From Mustelus asterias (taxonomy: Eukaryota), in contig NW_027590591.1 of NCBI RefSeq assembly GCF_964213995.1, positions 186,001 through 246,137 of the forward strand: DNA of 60,137 bases, written 5' to 3'. Of the stretch, positions 46,923-59,435 are shown piece after piece (position 1 is the first letter of the stretch; every line of letters begins with the position of its first letter). The notes under the pieces were generated by a model. That model was not told where the DNA came from, searched no databases, and saw nothing but the letters and a program-made list of their open reading frames with translations. The position numbers were made by a program, and so were the translations under genes.

Positions 46923-48087
46923 TCCCCTCCCCACCCCTCAGGCCTCATCCCCTTGGCACTGCCTGTGTGCCATGGCGGCAGAGACAGGGTGCCCAATTGG
47001 CAATGCCATGGTGCCATGCTGGCACTGCCCCATGGGAACCTCCCTGCCCCATCCCCCGACCACCTCGGGGGCTTCAATGGGCTGCGGTCCCACTGGTGAA
47101 ACATTATAACATCGTGCCCAGCCCCTGTTGGTGAGGCCCACCTGTGATCCTCGCCAGTGAGTACCTTGCCTGGGGGGGTGGGGGGGGGGGGGGGGGGCAG
47201 GCGGGTGGTTATGGTAAGGGAGCCCGGCCGAAAGCGTCCGGCGCTTGTTAATGACATTAAATATTGAAATCAGGAAGGGGGTGAGGCTGATTTTGCCGGA
47301 AAAATGGGGCCGGCAAGATCTTGAGGGGTGTGGAATCGGTGGTGAACTGGATTCTTCGCCACTCAGCCGATCTTACTGGGTGCTCGGCCAGTCAATTGAT
47401 CGATCGCGCCCCCAGTGTTTGTTTTAACCTGAACTAATGCAGAGTTCTGTTGTTTGATGTTTTGCCCTGGGATATTACAGAATGGGGCCTGATTGGGTTG
47501 ATTGACAGGTAAGGTTATAGGACATGGGGGGGCTAGGCTTTCACAGAGAACTCAAGCTGGTCTGCTTATGGATCTTCAGAGAGAGGTCGCTTTCTCTGTA
47601 TCTCTCGCTCCGTCCGACGTGGAGTCTGGAATCTGCCAAGAAATAAGGGTTTTTTTTCTGAGATGCGACCGTTTGTGGGAGTGGGGGAGTTTTCTCTGGA
47701 GGGTTCGGCCTGAGAATGAGAAGACTCTCTGTCTGGATCACTCTCCAGAGGGGTTAAAAGGCTGGAAATCTAGTACCTATGTAAGCATCTTTGGTTTCTG
47801 TGCTATCTGGTTCTAAAGAAGAGGTTTGAGTCTGTGGGGGATACTGCTACATTGGAACAACAGAGAGAGCTAGCTGTTAAGAGTTATACTTTGTCCTGTT
47901 TAAGCATTTTTATTGATGAACGTTATGCTCATTCTTTTTGTTATATTCGAACTGTGTTCTTAAATAAACTTGATTTGATAAAAGCTTCCCAGAGGGTCAC
48001 TGGGATCACACATTATACTCACCCGAATGCTCACTCCATAAAACACAGAGTTTCTGATCTGCTCCTTAACACTCTGTCTAGCACTGT

Positions 48088-49157
48088 NNNNNNNNNNNNN
48101 NNNNNNNNNNNNNNNNNNNNNNNNNNNNNNNNNNNNNNNNNNNNNNNNNNNNNNNNNNNNNNNNNNNNNNNNNNNNNNNNNNNNNNNNNNNNNNNNNNNN
48201 NNNNNNNNNNNNNNNNNNNNNNNNNNNNNNNNNNNNNNNNNNNNNNNNNNNNNNNNNNNNNNNNNNNNNNNNNNNNNNNNNNNNNNNNNNNNNNNNNNNN
48301 NNNNNNNNNNNNNNNNNNNNNNNNNNNNNNNNNNNNNNNNGCTCTCTGTCTCTTTCTATCTGTCCTATTCTGTCCGTCTCACTCTCTCTGTTTGTCTCTC
48401 CATCTTTTTCTTGCTATTTGTCTCTCTCTCTGTTTCAGTCTCTCCCTCTGTGTGTCTCCCTCTTTCTTTCTCTCTCTGTCTCTCTCTCTGTCTCTCTGCC
48501 CCTCTCTATCTCTCTGTCTTGTTGTCNNNNNNNNNNNNNNNNNNNNNNNNNNNNNNNNNNNNNNNNNNNNNNNNNNNNNNNNNNNNNNNNNNNNNNNNNN
48601 NNNNNNNNNNNNNNNNNNNNNNNNNNNNNNNNNNNNNNNNNNNNNNNNNNNNNNNNNNNNNNNNNNNNNNNNNNNNNNNNNNNNNNNNNNNNNNNNNNNN
48701 NNNNNNNNNNNNNNNNNNNNNNNNNNNNNNNNNNNNNNNNNNNNNNNNNNNNNNNNNNNNNNNNNNNNNNNCTGTCTCTCTCACTCTCTCCTGTTCTCTC
48801 TTTCTATCTGTNNNNNNNNNNNNNNNNNNNNNNNNNNNNNNNNNNNNNNNNNNNNNNNNNNNNNNNNNNNNNNNNNNNNNNNNNNNNNNNNNNNNNNNNN
48901 NNNNNNNNNNNNNNNNNNNNNNNNNNNNNNNNNNNNNNNNNNNNNNNNNNNNNNNNNNNNNNNNNNNNNNNNNNNNNNNNNNNNNNNNNNNNNNNNNNNN
49001 NNNNNNNNNNNNNNNNNNNNNNNNNNNNNNNNNNNNNNNNNNNNNNNNNNNNNNNNNNNNNNNNNNNNNNNNNNNNNNNNNNNNNNNNNNNNNNNNNNNN
49101 NNNNNNNNNNNNNNNNNNNNNNNNNNNNNNNNNNNNNNNNNNNNNNNNNNNNNNNNN
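48088..49157. other. N-runs interleaved with CT low-complexity sequence (gap or masking)
   Basis: Runs of n. Confidence 0.95.
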
Positions 49158-49521
49158 CTCCATGAATCTAATCTTATTATTGGCCACATGCCCCTGTCAC
49201 CTGCCTCAGGTGTGGAGATGCCGGCGTTGGACTGGGGTAAACACAGTGAGAGTTTTAACAACACCAGGTTAAAGTCCAACAGGTTTATTTGGTAGCAAAC
49301 GCCACTAGCTTTCTGCCTCAGGGTCAGAGGTTGCTTCCTAGTGTCCCTGTGTGGCCCCCTGGGGATGTTCCTTGCTGTGTTAAGGAGTTATATTGTGGAT
49401 AGATTGCTGTGTTTGTTGTGGAGTGTGGGGGATCTGTGCTCGGACACACAGAGGGGGTCAGTACCCTGCCCGAGGGCCTTGTGTTGTAAATGAGGGTGCG
49501 GGCGGCTTCTCCCTGACAATC

Positions 49522-50600
49522 ACAGTGAGAAGTCTCACACACCAGGTTAAAGTCCAACAGGTTTATTTGGCAGCACTAGCTTTCGGAGCGCTGCTCCTTC
49601 ATCAGGTGAGTGGGAGTTCTGTTCACAAACAGGGCATATAAAGACAAAAACTCAATTTACAAAATAATGGTTGGAATGTGAGTCTTTACAGGTAATCAAG
49701 CCTTAAAGGTACAGACAATGTGAGTGGAGAGAGCGTTAAGCACAGGTTAAAGAGATGTGTATTGTCTCCAGCCAGGACAGTTAGTGGGATTTTGCAAGTC
49801 CAGGCAAGTCGTGGGGGTTACAGATAGTGTGACATGAACCCAAGATCCCGGTTGAGGCCGTCCTCATGTGTGCGGAACCTGGCTATCAGTTTCTGCTCAG
49901 CGACTCTGCGCTGTCGTGTGTCGTGAAGGCCACCTTGGAGAATGCTTACCTGAAGATCAGAGGCCGAATGCCCGTGACCACTGAAGTGTTCCCCAACAGG
50001 AAGAGAACAGTCTTGCCTGGTGATTGTCGAGCGGTGTTCATTCATCCGTTGTCGTAGCGTCTGCATGGTCTCTCCAATGTACCATGCCTCGGGACATCCT
50101 TTCCTGCAGCGTATCAGGTAGACAACGTTGGCCGAGTTGCAAGAGTATGTACCGTGTACCTGGTGGATGGTGTTCTCATGTGAGATGATGGCATCCATGT
50201 CGATGATCCGGCACGTCTTGCAGAGGTTGCCGTGGCAGGGTTGTGTGGTGTCGTGGTCACTGTTCTCCTGAAGGCTGGGTAGTTTGCTGCGGACAATGGT
50301 CTGTTTGAGGTTGTGCGGTTGTTTGAAGGCAAGAAGTGGGGGTGTGGGGATGGCCTTGGCGAGATGTTCGTCTTCATCAATGACATGTTGAAGGCTCCGG
50401 AGGAGATGCCGTAGCTTCTCCGCTTCGGGGAAGTACTGGACGATGAAGGGTACTCTGTCCACCGTGTCCCGTGTTTGTCTTCTGAGGAGGTCGGTGCGGT
50501 TTTTCGCTGTGGCGCGTCGGAACTGTCGATCGATGAGTCGAGCGCCATATCCTGTTCTTATGAGGGCATCTTTCAGCGTCTGGAGGTGTCTGTTGCGATC
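49522..50600 (-). mobile_element. PLE 3' half (GIY-YIG + terminus), inverted relative to its 5' part
   Basis: VVYLIRCRKGC...WYIGET...GLNRD. Confidence 0.92.
49572..49614 (-). ncRNA. Minimal type I hammerhead ribozyme motif (best-conserved copy)
   Basis: CCCACTCAC-CTGATGA-A-GGAGC-AGC-GCTCC-GAAA-GCTA-GTG: intact CUGAUGA/GAAA core and a perfect 5-bp stem II. Confidence 0.72.
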
Positions 50601-51559
50601 TACATCTACATGCACACCAAGAACAGGAAACTTGAGAAACTCGGCATCTCCACCAGCAGCAACCAAGCCTCCCCCGGTACCACAGTAGAAAACAGTACCA
50701 CTGCAGGGAAGCCCATTGTCAACTTGTCGGACTCCACACTTCAACCAGATGAAATCGAAGTTCTCAGCCGAGGGCTCAATTTCTGCCCCACCACCAAAAT
50801 AGACCCCATCAGTCTCGCAGCAGACACAGAGGAATTCATCAGGCGAATGAGGCTGCGGGAGCTCTTCCACAAACCCCAAGAGGCCAACAGCGAACACAAT
50901 GAGACAGCCAATGAACCGGAACAGCCGACAGAGAGATCCACAGTGCAACCGAAGAGGAAAGAGTCGAATTGGACTCCTCCGGAAGGCCGCTGCCCTCGAC
51001 TTGACATGTATGCCCAAGCCATCAGGAGGTGCGTCAACACCAGATTCATCAGCCGCACTCACAAGACAGCCCCGAACATCACCCAAGCACAACGTAACGC
51101 CATCCACGCTCTCAAGACCAACCACAACATTGTCATCAAACCAGCAGACAAAGGAGGGGCCATCGTCATACTGAACAGAACGGATTACTGCAAAGAAGTG
51201 TACCGACAACTGAACAACGAGGAACACTACAGACAGTTACCCACAGATCCGACCAAAGAACACACCCATCAACTCGACACTCTGATCAAAACCTTTGATC
51301 CGGACCTTCAGAGCACCCTCCGTGCTCTCATCCCACGCACTCCCCGCGTTGGAGATCTCTACTGCCTCCCGAAGATACACAAGGCAAACACACCCGGCCG
51401 TCCCATCGTATCGGGCAATGGAACCCTGTGCGAGAACCTCTCCGGCTATGTCGAGGGCATCCTGAAACCCATTGTACAAAGAACCCCCAGCTTTTGTTGC
51501 GACACGACGGACTTCCTACAGAAACTCGGCACACATGGAGCAGTTGAACCAGGAGCACT
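50601..51559 (+). mobile_element. PLE N-terminal/RT portion (resumes at 57057-57883)
   Basis: LSRGLNFCP, KPADKGG, LPKIHK; the frame continues as MDVSALYT at 57067. Confidence 0.92.
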
Positions 51560-52478
51560 CCATAGAACCATAGAAAATTACAGCTCAGAAACAGGCCTTT
51601 TGGCCCTTCTTGTCTGTGCCGAACCATTTTTTGCCTAGTCCCACTGACCTGCACTTGGACCATATCCCTCCACACCCCCCTCATCCATGAACCCGTCCAA
51701 GTTTTTCTTAAATGTTAAAAGTGACCCCGCATTTACCACTTTATCCGGCAGCTCATTCCACACTCCCACCACTCTCTGCGTGAAGAAGCCCCCCCTAATA
51801 TTCCCTTTAAACTTTTCTCCTTTCCCCCTTAACCCATGCCCTCTGGTTTTTTTCTCCCCTAGCCTCAGCGGAAAAAGCCTGCTTGCATTCACTCTATCTA
51901 TACCCATCAAAATCTTATACACCTCTATCAAATCTCCCCTCAATCTTCTACGCTCCAGGGAATAAAGTCCCAACCTATTCAATCTCTCTCTGTAACTCAG
52001 CTTCTCAAGTCCCGGCAACATCCTTGTGAACCTTCTCTGCACTCTTTCAATCTTATATACATCCTTCCTGTAACTAGGTGACCAAAACTGTACACAATAC
52101 TCCAAACTCGGCCTCACCAATGCCTTATATAACCTTACCATAACACTCCAACTTTTATACTCGATACTCCGATTTATAAAGGCCAATGTACCAAAGGCAC
52201 TCTTTACGACCCTATCCACCTGTGACGTCACTTTTAGGGAATTCTGTACCTGTCTTCCCAGATCCCTCTGTTCAACTGCACTCTTCAGAGTCCTACCATT
52301 TACCCTGTACATTCTTCTTGAGTTTGTCCTTCCAAAGTGCAATATCTCACACTTGTCTGCGTTAAATTCCATTTGCCATTTTTCAGCCCATTTTTCTAGT
52401 TGGTCCAAATCCCTCTGCAAGCTTTGAAAACCTTCCTCACTGTCCACTACACCTCCAATCTTTGTATCATCAGCAAAC
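51560..52478 (-). mobile_element. CR1 3' part (its 5' part is at 56830-57056)
   Basis: WISKF / ADDTKIGG junction split by nested inserts. Confidence 0.9.
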
Positions 52479-52592
52479 AGGGGAGACACTAGCACAGTGG
52501 TATTGTCACTCGATCAGTAACACAGAGACCCAGGGCAATGTTCTGGGGACATCAGTTCAAATCCCACCACGGCAGATGGTGAAATTAGAATT

Positions 52593-55500
52593 CATAGAAC
52601 ATTACAGCGCAGAACAGGCCCTTCGGCCCACGATGTTGCACCGACCAGTTAAAAAAAAAACTGTGACCCTCCAACCTAAACCAATTTCTTTTCGTCCATG
52701 AACCTATCTACGGATCTCTTAAACGCCCCCAAACTAGGCGCATTTACTACTGATGCTGGCAGGGCATTCCAATCCCTCACCACCCTCTGGGTAAAGAACC
52801 TACCCCTGACATCGGTTCTATAACTACCCCCCCTCAATTTAAAGCCATGCCCCCTCGTGCTGGATTTCTCCATCAGAGGAAAAAGGCTATCACTATCCAC
52901 CCTATCTAAACCTCTAATCATCTTATATGTTTCAATAAGATCCCCTCTTAGCCGCCGCCTTTCCAGCGAAAACAATCCCAAATCCCTCAGCCTCTCCTCA
53001 TAGGATCTCCCCTCCATACCAGGCAACATCCTGGTAAACCTCCTCTGCACCCTCTCCAAAGCCTCCACATCCTTCCTGTAATGTGGGGACCAGAACTGCA
53101 CACAGTACTCCAAGTGCGGCCGCACCAGAGTTGTGTACAGTTGCAACATAACGCTACGACTCCTAAATTCAATCCCCCTACCAATAAACGCCAAGACACC
53201 ATATGCCTTCTTAACAACCTTATCTACTTGATTCCCAACTTTCAGGGATCTATGCACACATACACCTAGATCCCTCTGCTCCTCCACACTATTCAAAGTC
53301 CTCCCGTTAGCCCTATACTCAACACATCTGTTATTCCTACCAAAGTGAATTACCTCACACTTCTCCGCATTAAACTCCATCCGCCACCTCTCGGCCCAAC
53401 TTTGCAACCTGTCTAAGTCTTCCTGCAAACTACGACACCCTTCCTCACTGTCTACCACACCACCGACTTTGGTGTCATCAGCAAATTTGCTAATCCACCC
53501 AACTATACCCTCATCCAGATCATTAATAAATATTACAAACAGCAGTGGCCCCAAAACAGATCCCTGAGGTACACCACTTGTAACCGCACTCCATGATGAA
53601 TATTTACTATCAACCACCACCCTCTGTTTCCTATCCGCTAGCCAATTCCTGATCCAATTTCCTAGATCACCCCCAATCCCATACATCTGCATTTTCTGCA
53701 GAAGCCTACCATGGTGAACCTTATCAAACGCCTTACTAAAATCCATATATACCACGTCCACTGCCTTGCCCCCATCCACCTCCTTGGTCACTTTCTCAAA
53801 AAACTCAATAAGGTTAGTAAGGCACGACCTACCTGCCACAAAACCATGCTGACTATCACCTATCAATTCATTACTCTCCAAATAACTATAAATCCTATCC
53901 CTTATAATTTTTTCCAACATCTTGCCGACAACAGAAGTGAGACTCACCGGTCTATAATTCCCGGGGAAGTCTCTGTTCCCCTTCTTAAACAATGGGACAA
54001 CATTCGCTAACCTCCAATCTTCTGGTACTATACCAGAGGCCAACGACGACCTGAAGATCAGAGCCAGAGGCTCTGCAATCACTTCTCTTGCCTCCCAGAG
54101 AATCCTTGGACAAATCCCATCCGGACCAGGGGATTTATCTATTTTCAGACCCTCCAGAATATCCTGCACATCCTCCTTATCAACTGTAATACTGTCTATT
54201 CTACTCCCTTGCAACCCAGTGTCCTCCTCAGCTATATTCATGTCCCCTTGCGTGAACACCGAAGAGAAATATTGGTTCAATGCTTCACCAATCTCCTCCG
54301 GTTCCACACATAACTTCCCTCTGCCATCTATAACTGGCCCTAAACTTGCCCTAACCAACCTTCTGTTCTTGACATACCTATAGAACGCCTTAGGATTCTC
54401 TTTAACCCTATCCGCCAAAGTCTTCTCATGTCCCCTTTTAGCCCTTCTAAGCTCGCTCTTCAACTCCCTCTTAGCCAATCTAAAGCTTTCTAGTGCACTA
54501 CCCGAGTGCTCACGTCTCATCCGAACATAAGCCTCCTTTTTCTTTTTAACCAACAAAGAAACTTTTTTGGTGCACCACGGTTCCCTAGCCCTACCAATTC
54601 CTCCTTGCCTGACAGGGACATACCTATCACAGACTCGCAGTAGCTGCTCCTTGAAAAAACTCCACATGTCGGACGTTCCCAGTCCCTGTAATCTCCTAGT
54701 CCAACCTATGTTTCCTAATTCTCTCCTAATAGCCTCATAATTACCCTTCCCCCAGCTAAAACCACTGGCCCGAGGTTCATGCCTATCCCTTTCCATCACT
54801 AAGGTGAACGTAACCGAATTGTGGTCACTATCACCAAAATGCACACCAACTTCCAAGTCTAGCACCTGGTCTGGCTCATTTCCCAGCACCAGATCCAATA
54901 TAGCCTCACCTCTAGTTGGCCTGTCTACATACTGAGTCAAAAAACCTTCCTGCACGCTTTGAACAAAAACTGACCCCTCTAACGAGCTAGAGCTATAACA
55001 ATTCCAGTCAATATTAGTCAAGTTAAAATCCCCCATAACAATTGCCCTATTACTTTCACTCCTAAGCAGGATTGACTCCGCAATCCTTTCCTCAACCTCT
55101 CTAGAACTTTTAGGAGGTCTATAAAAGACTCCCAACAGGGTGACCTCTCCTCTCCTATTTCTAATCTCCGCCCATACTACCTCAACAGATAAGTCCTCAT
55201 CAAACCTCCTCTCTGACACTGTGATACAATCTCTGACCAATAATGCTACCCCTCCCCCTCTTCTACCTCCTTCCCTACTTCGACTAAAACATTTGAACCC
55301 CGGGACCTGCAGCATCCATTCCTGCCCCTGCTCTATCCATGTCTCTGAAATAGCCACAACATCGAAGTCCCAGGTACTGATCCACGCTGCAAGTTCACCC
55401 ACTTTATTGCGAATACTCCTGGCATTGAAGTATACACATTTCAAACCCTGCTCCACCCCACCTCTGCAATGCCGTGCATTGCAGTCCCCATCCATGCATC

Positions 55501-55885
55501 CCTCACTTTCAGCCCCACTACTCAGGATCCCTCCCCCCCCCCGAATCAGTTTAAACCTCCCTGCATGGCCTTAGCAAATTTACCCCCCAGGATATTGGTC
55601 CCCTTCTGATTAAGGTGTAGACCATCCTTCTCATAGAGGTCACACCTTCCCCAGTACGAGCCCCAATTGCTTAAGTACCTGAACCCCTCCCTCCTGCACC
55701 ATCCCCTCAGCCATGAATTCAAACCTTCCCTCTCCCTATTCCTCTCTAAACTATCCCGTGGTACAGGCAAGAGTCCAGAGATAACCACTCTGTCAGTCTT
55801 GGCCTTTAGTTTCCACCCCAACTCCATAAATCCCTGCCTAATATCCCCTTCCCCTATCCTCCCTATGTCGTGTGTCCCCACATGT
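52593..55885 (-). mobile_element. CR1 with intact ORF2 (52676-55495, 939 aa APE+RT) and ORF1 C-terminus
   Basis: Uninterrupted frame with [21 protein letters not shown] and FADD; ORF1 esterase DGLHLN. Confidence 0.96.
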
Positions 55886-56002
55886 ACAATTCAATAAAAC
55901 TCTGGAATTAGAAGTTTAATGATGACCATGAATCCATCGTCAATTGTCGTAAGAACCCGTCTGGTTCACTCATGTTCTTTCGGAAAGGAAATTTGTTCAG
56001 GG

Positions 56003-56828
56003 AGGCACGGTGACACAGTGGTTAGCACTGCTGCTTCACAGCTCCAGGGTCCCGGGGCGGCACGGTGACACAGTGGGTTAGCACTGCTGCTTCACAGCTC
56101 CAGGGACCCGGGGCGGCACGGTGACACAGTGGTTAGCACTGCTGCTTCACAGCTCCAGGGTCCCGGGGCGGCACGGTAGCACAGTGGTTAGCACTGCTGC
56201 TTCACAGCTCCAGGGTCCCGGGGCGGCACGGTAGCACAGTGGTTAGCACTGCTCCCTCACAGCTCCAGGGACCCGGGGCAGCACGGTGACACAGTGGTTA
56301 GCACTGCTCCCTCACAGCTCCAGGGACCCGGGGCAGCACGGTAGCACAGTGGTTAGCACTGCTCCCTCACAGCTCCAGGGACCCGGGGCAGCACGGTAGC
56401 ACAGTGGTTAGCACTGCTGCTTCACAGCTCCAGGGTCCCGGGCGGCACGGTGACACAGTGGTTAGCACTGCTGCTTCACAGCTCCAGGGTTCCGGGCGGC
56501 ACGGTGACACAGTGGTTAGCACTGCTGCTTCACAGCTCCAGGGTCCTGGGTTCGATTCCCGGATCGGGTCACTGTCTGTGTGGAGTTTGCAAGTTCTCCT
56601 CGTGTCTGCGTGGGTTTCCTCCGGGTGCTCTGGTTTCCTCCCACAGTGCAAAGATGTGCGGGTTAGGTTGATTGGCCAGGTTAAAAATTGCCCCTTAGAG
56701 TCCTGAGATGCGTAGGTTAGAGGGATTAGCGGGTAAAATATGTGGGGGTAGGGCCTGGGTGGGATTGTGGTCGGTGCAGACTCGATGGGCCGAATGGCCT
56801 CCTTCTGCACTGTAGGGTTTCTATGATT
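56003..56828 (+). mobile_element. HE1 SINE with ~10 tandem copies of its 55-bp tRNA-head 5' segment
   Basis: Unit GGGGCGGCACGGTGACACAGTGGTTAGCACTGCTGCTTCACAGCTCCAGGGTCCC, followed by a complete HE1 body. Confidence 0.9.
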
Positions 56829-57056
56829 TCTAAACTTGCTGATCCAATTTACCACATTATCATCCAGATCATTGATATAGATGACAAACAACAATGGACC
56901 CAGCACCGATCCCTGCGGCACACCACTAGTCACAGGCCTCCACTCAGAGAAGCAATCCTCCACAACCACTCTCTGGCTTCTTCCATTGAGCCAGTGTCTA
57001 ATCCAATTTACTACCTCCCCATGTATACCCAGCGACTGAACCTTCCTAACTAACCT

Positions 57057-57883
57057 CCTCGTCACAATGGATGTCTCGGCACTCTACACCAGCATCCCCC
57101 ATGACGATGGCATTGCTGCAACGGCCTCAGTGCTCAGCGCCAACAACTGCCAGTTTCCAGATGCAATTTTACATCTCATCCGCTTCATCCTGGACCACAA
57201 TGTCTTCACCTTCAACAACCAGTTCTTCATCCAGACACACGGAACAGCCATGGGGACCAAATTTGCACCTCAATATGCCAACATCTTCATGCACAGGTTC
57301 GAACAAGACTTCTTCACCGCACAGGACCTTCAACCGATGCTATACACTAGAACATTTTCTTCCTTTGGACTCATGGTGAGCAATCACTGAAACAACTATA
57401 TGATGACATCAACAAGTTCCATCCCACCATCAGGCTCACCATGGACTACTCTCCGGAATCGGTTGCATTCTTGGACACACGCATCTCCATTAAGGACGGT
57501 CACCTCAGCACCTCACTGTACCGCAAGCCCACGGATAACCTCACGATGCTCCACTTCTCCAGCTTCCACCCTAAACACGTTAAAGAAGCCATCCCCTACG
57601 GACAAGCCCTCCGGATACACAGGATCTGCTCGGATGAGGAGGATCGCAACAGACACCTCCAGACGCTGAAAGATGCCCTCATAAGAACAGGATATGGCGC
57701 TCGACTCATTGATCAACAGTTCCGACGCGCCACAGCGAAAAACCGCACCGACCTCCTCAGAAGACAAACACGAGACACGGCGGACAGAGTACGGGCATTC
57801 AGCCTCTGATCTTTGGGGAAGCGTTCTCCAAGGCGGCCTTCACGACACACGACAGCGCAGAGTCGCTGAGCAGAGACTGATAG
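57057..57883 (+). mobile_element. PLE RT continuation, internally deleted
   Basis: HGTAMGTKFAPQYANIFM and YRKPT motifs. Confidence 0.9.
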
Positions 57884-57884
57884 C

Positions 57885-58324
57885 TGTGTGTATGAGTGTG
57901 TCANNNNNNNNNNNNNNNNNNNNNNNNNNNNNNNNNNNNNNNNNNNNNNNNNNNNNNNNNNNNNNNNNNNNNNNNNNNNNNNNNNNNNNNNNNNNNNNNN
58001 NNNNNNNNNNNNNNNNNNNNNNNNNNNNNNNNNNNNNNNNNNNNNNNNNNNNNNNNNNNNNNNNNNNNNNNNNNNNNNNNNNNNNNNNNNNNNNNNNNNN
58101 NNNNNNNNNNNNNNNNNNNNNNNNNNNNNNNNNNNNNNNNNNNNNNNNNNNNNNNNNNNNNNNNNNNNNNNNNNNNNNNNNNNNNNNNNNNNNNNNNNNN
58201 NNNNNNNNNNNNNNNNNNNNNNNNNNNNNNNNNNNNNNNNNNNNNNNNNNNNNNNNNNNNNNNNNNNNNNNNNNNNNNNNNGTGTGTGTGCGAGTGTGTG
58301 AGTGTGTCTGTGCGAGTGTGTGAA

Positions 58325-58360
<36 letters not shown>

Positions 58361-59075
58361 GAGTGTGCAAGGTGTGTGTGCGAGTGTGTGAATGTGTGAG
58401 TGTGTGTGTGTGTGCGAGTGTGCGAGTGTGCAAGGTGCGAGTGTGTGAGTGTGTGAGTGTGCGAGCGACTGTGTGCGAGTGTGTGAGTGTGTGTGCGAGT
58501 GTGTGAATGTGTGAGTGTGTGAATGTGTGAGTGTGTGTGTGTGTGTGTGCGAGTGTGTGNNNNNNNNNNNNNNNNNNNNNNNNNNNNNNNNNNNNNNNNN
58601 NNNNNNNNNNNNNNNNNNNNNNNNNNNNNNNNNNNNNNNNNNNNNNNNNNNNNNNNNNNNNNNNNNNNNNNNNNNNNNNNNNNNNNNNNNNNNNNNNNNN
58701 NNNNNNNNNNNNNNNNNNNNNNGAATGTGTGAGCGACTGTGTGCGAGTGTGTNNNNNNNNNNNNNNNNNNNNNNNNNNNNNNNNNNNNNNNNNNNNNNNN
58801 NNNNNNNNNNNNNNNNNNNNNNNNNNNNNNNNNNNNNNNNNNNNNNNNNNNNNNNNNNNNNNNNNNNNNNNNNNNNNNNNNNNNNNNNNNNNNNNNNNNN
58901 NNNNNNNNNNNNNNNNNNNNNNNNNNNNNNNNNNNNNNNNNNNNNNNNNNNNNNNNNNNNNNNNNNNNNNNNNNNNNNNNNNNNNNNNNNNNNNNNNNNN
59001 NNNNNNNNNTGAGTGTGCGAGTATCTGAGTGTGTGAGCGAGTGTGTGCGTGTGTGAGTGTGTGTGAGCGAGTGTG
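57885..59075. repeat. (GT)n-rich microsatellite region with N-runs
   Basis: GT/GA repeats and runs of n. Confidence 0.9.
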
Positions 59076-59076
59076 T

Positions 59077-59414
59077 CATAGAAACCTTAGTGCAGAAAGA
59101 GGCCATTCAGCCCATCGAGTCTGCACCGACCACAATCCCACCCAGGCCCTACTCCCATATCCCTACATATTTTACCCACTAATCCCTCTAATCTACGCAT
59201 CCCAGGATACTAAGGGGCAATTTTAGCATGGCCAATCAACCCAACCCGCACATCTTTGGACTGTGGGAGGAAACCGGAGCACCCGGAGGAAACCCACGCA
59301 GACACGAGGAGAATGTGCAAACTCCACACAGACAGTGACCCGAGCCGGGAATCGAACCCAGGTCCCTGGAGCTGTGAAGCAGCAGTGCTAACCACTGTGC
59401 TACCGTGCCGCCCC
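59077..59414 (-). mobile_element. HE1 SINE, full length
   Basis: Complete head, core and tail. Confidence 0.9.
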
Positions 59415-59435
59415 ATTCACACTGAGGTCACTTAC

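Noticed and set aside
47455-48012. Possible solo LTR
   Set aside because: Has AATAAA and an LTR-like texture, but I could not establish TG...CA ends, a TSD or a second copy.
47834-49295. ORFs spanning N-runs (also 57694-59106)
   Set aside because: Artefacts of undefined bases; a hidden exon inside the gaps cannot be excluded.
56003-56560. CRISPR-like appearance of the tandem arrays
   Set aside because: No unique spacers; vertebrate context; units are SINE/LINE-derived.
59340-59414. tRNA gene
   Set aside because: It is the tRNA-derived head of an HE1 SINE; no complete cloverleaf.
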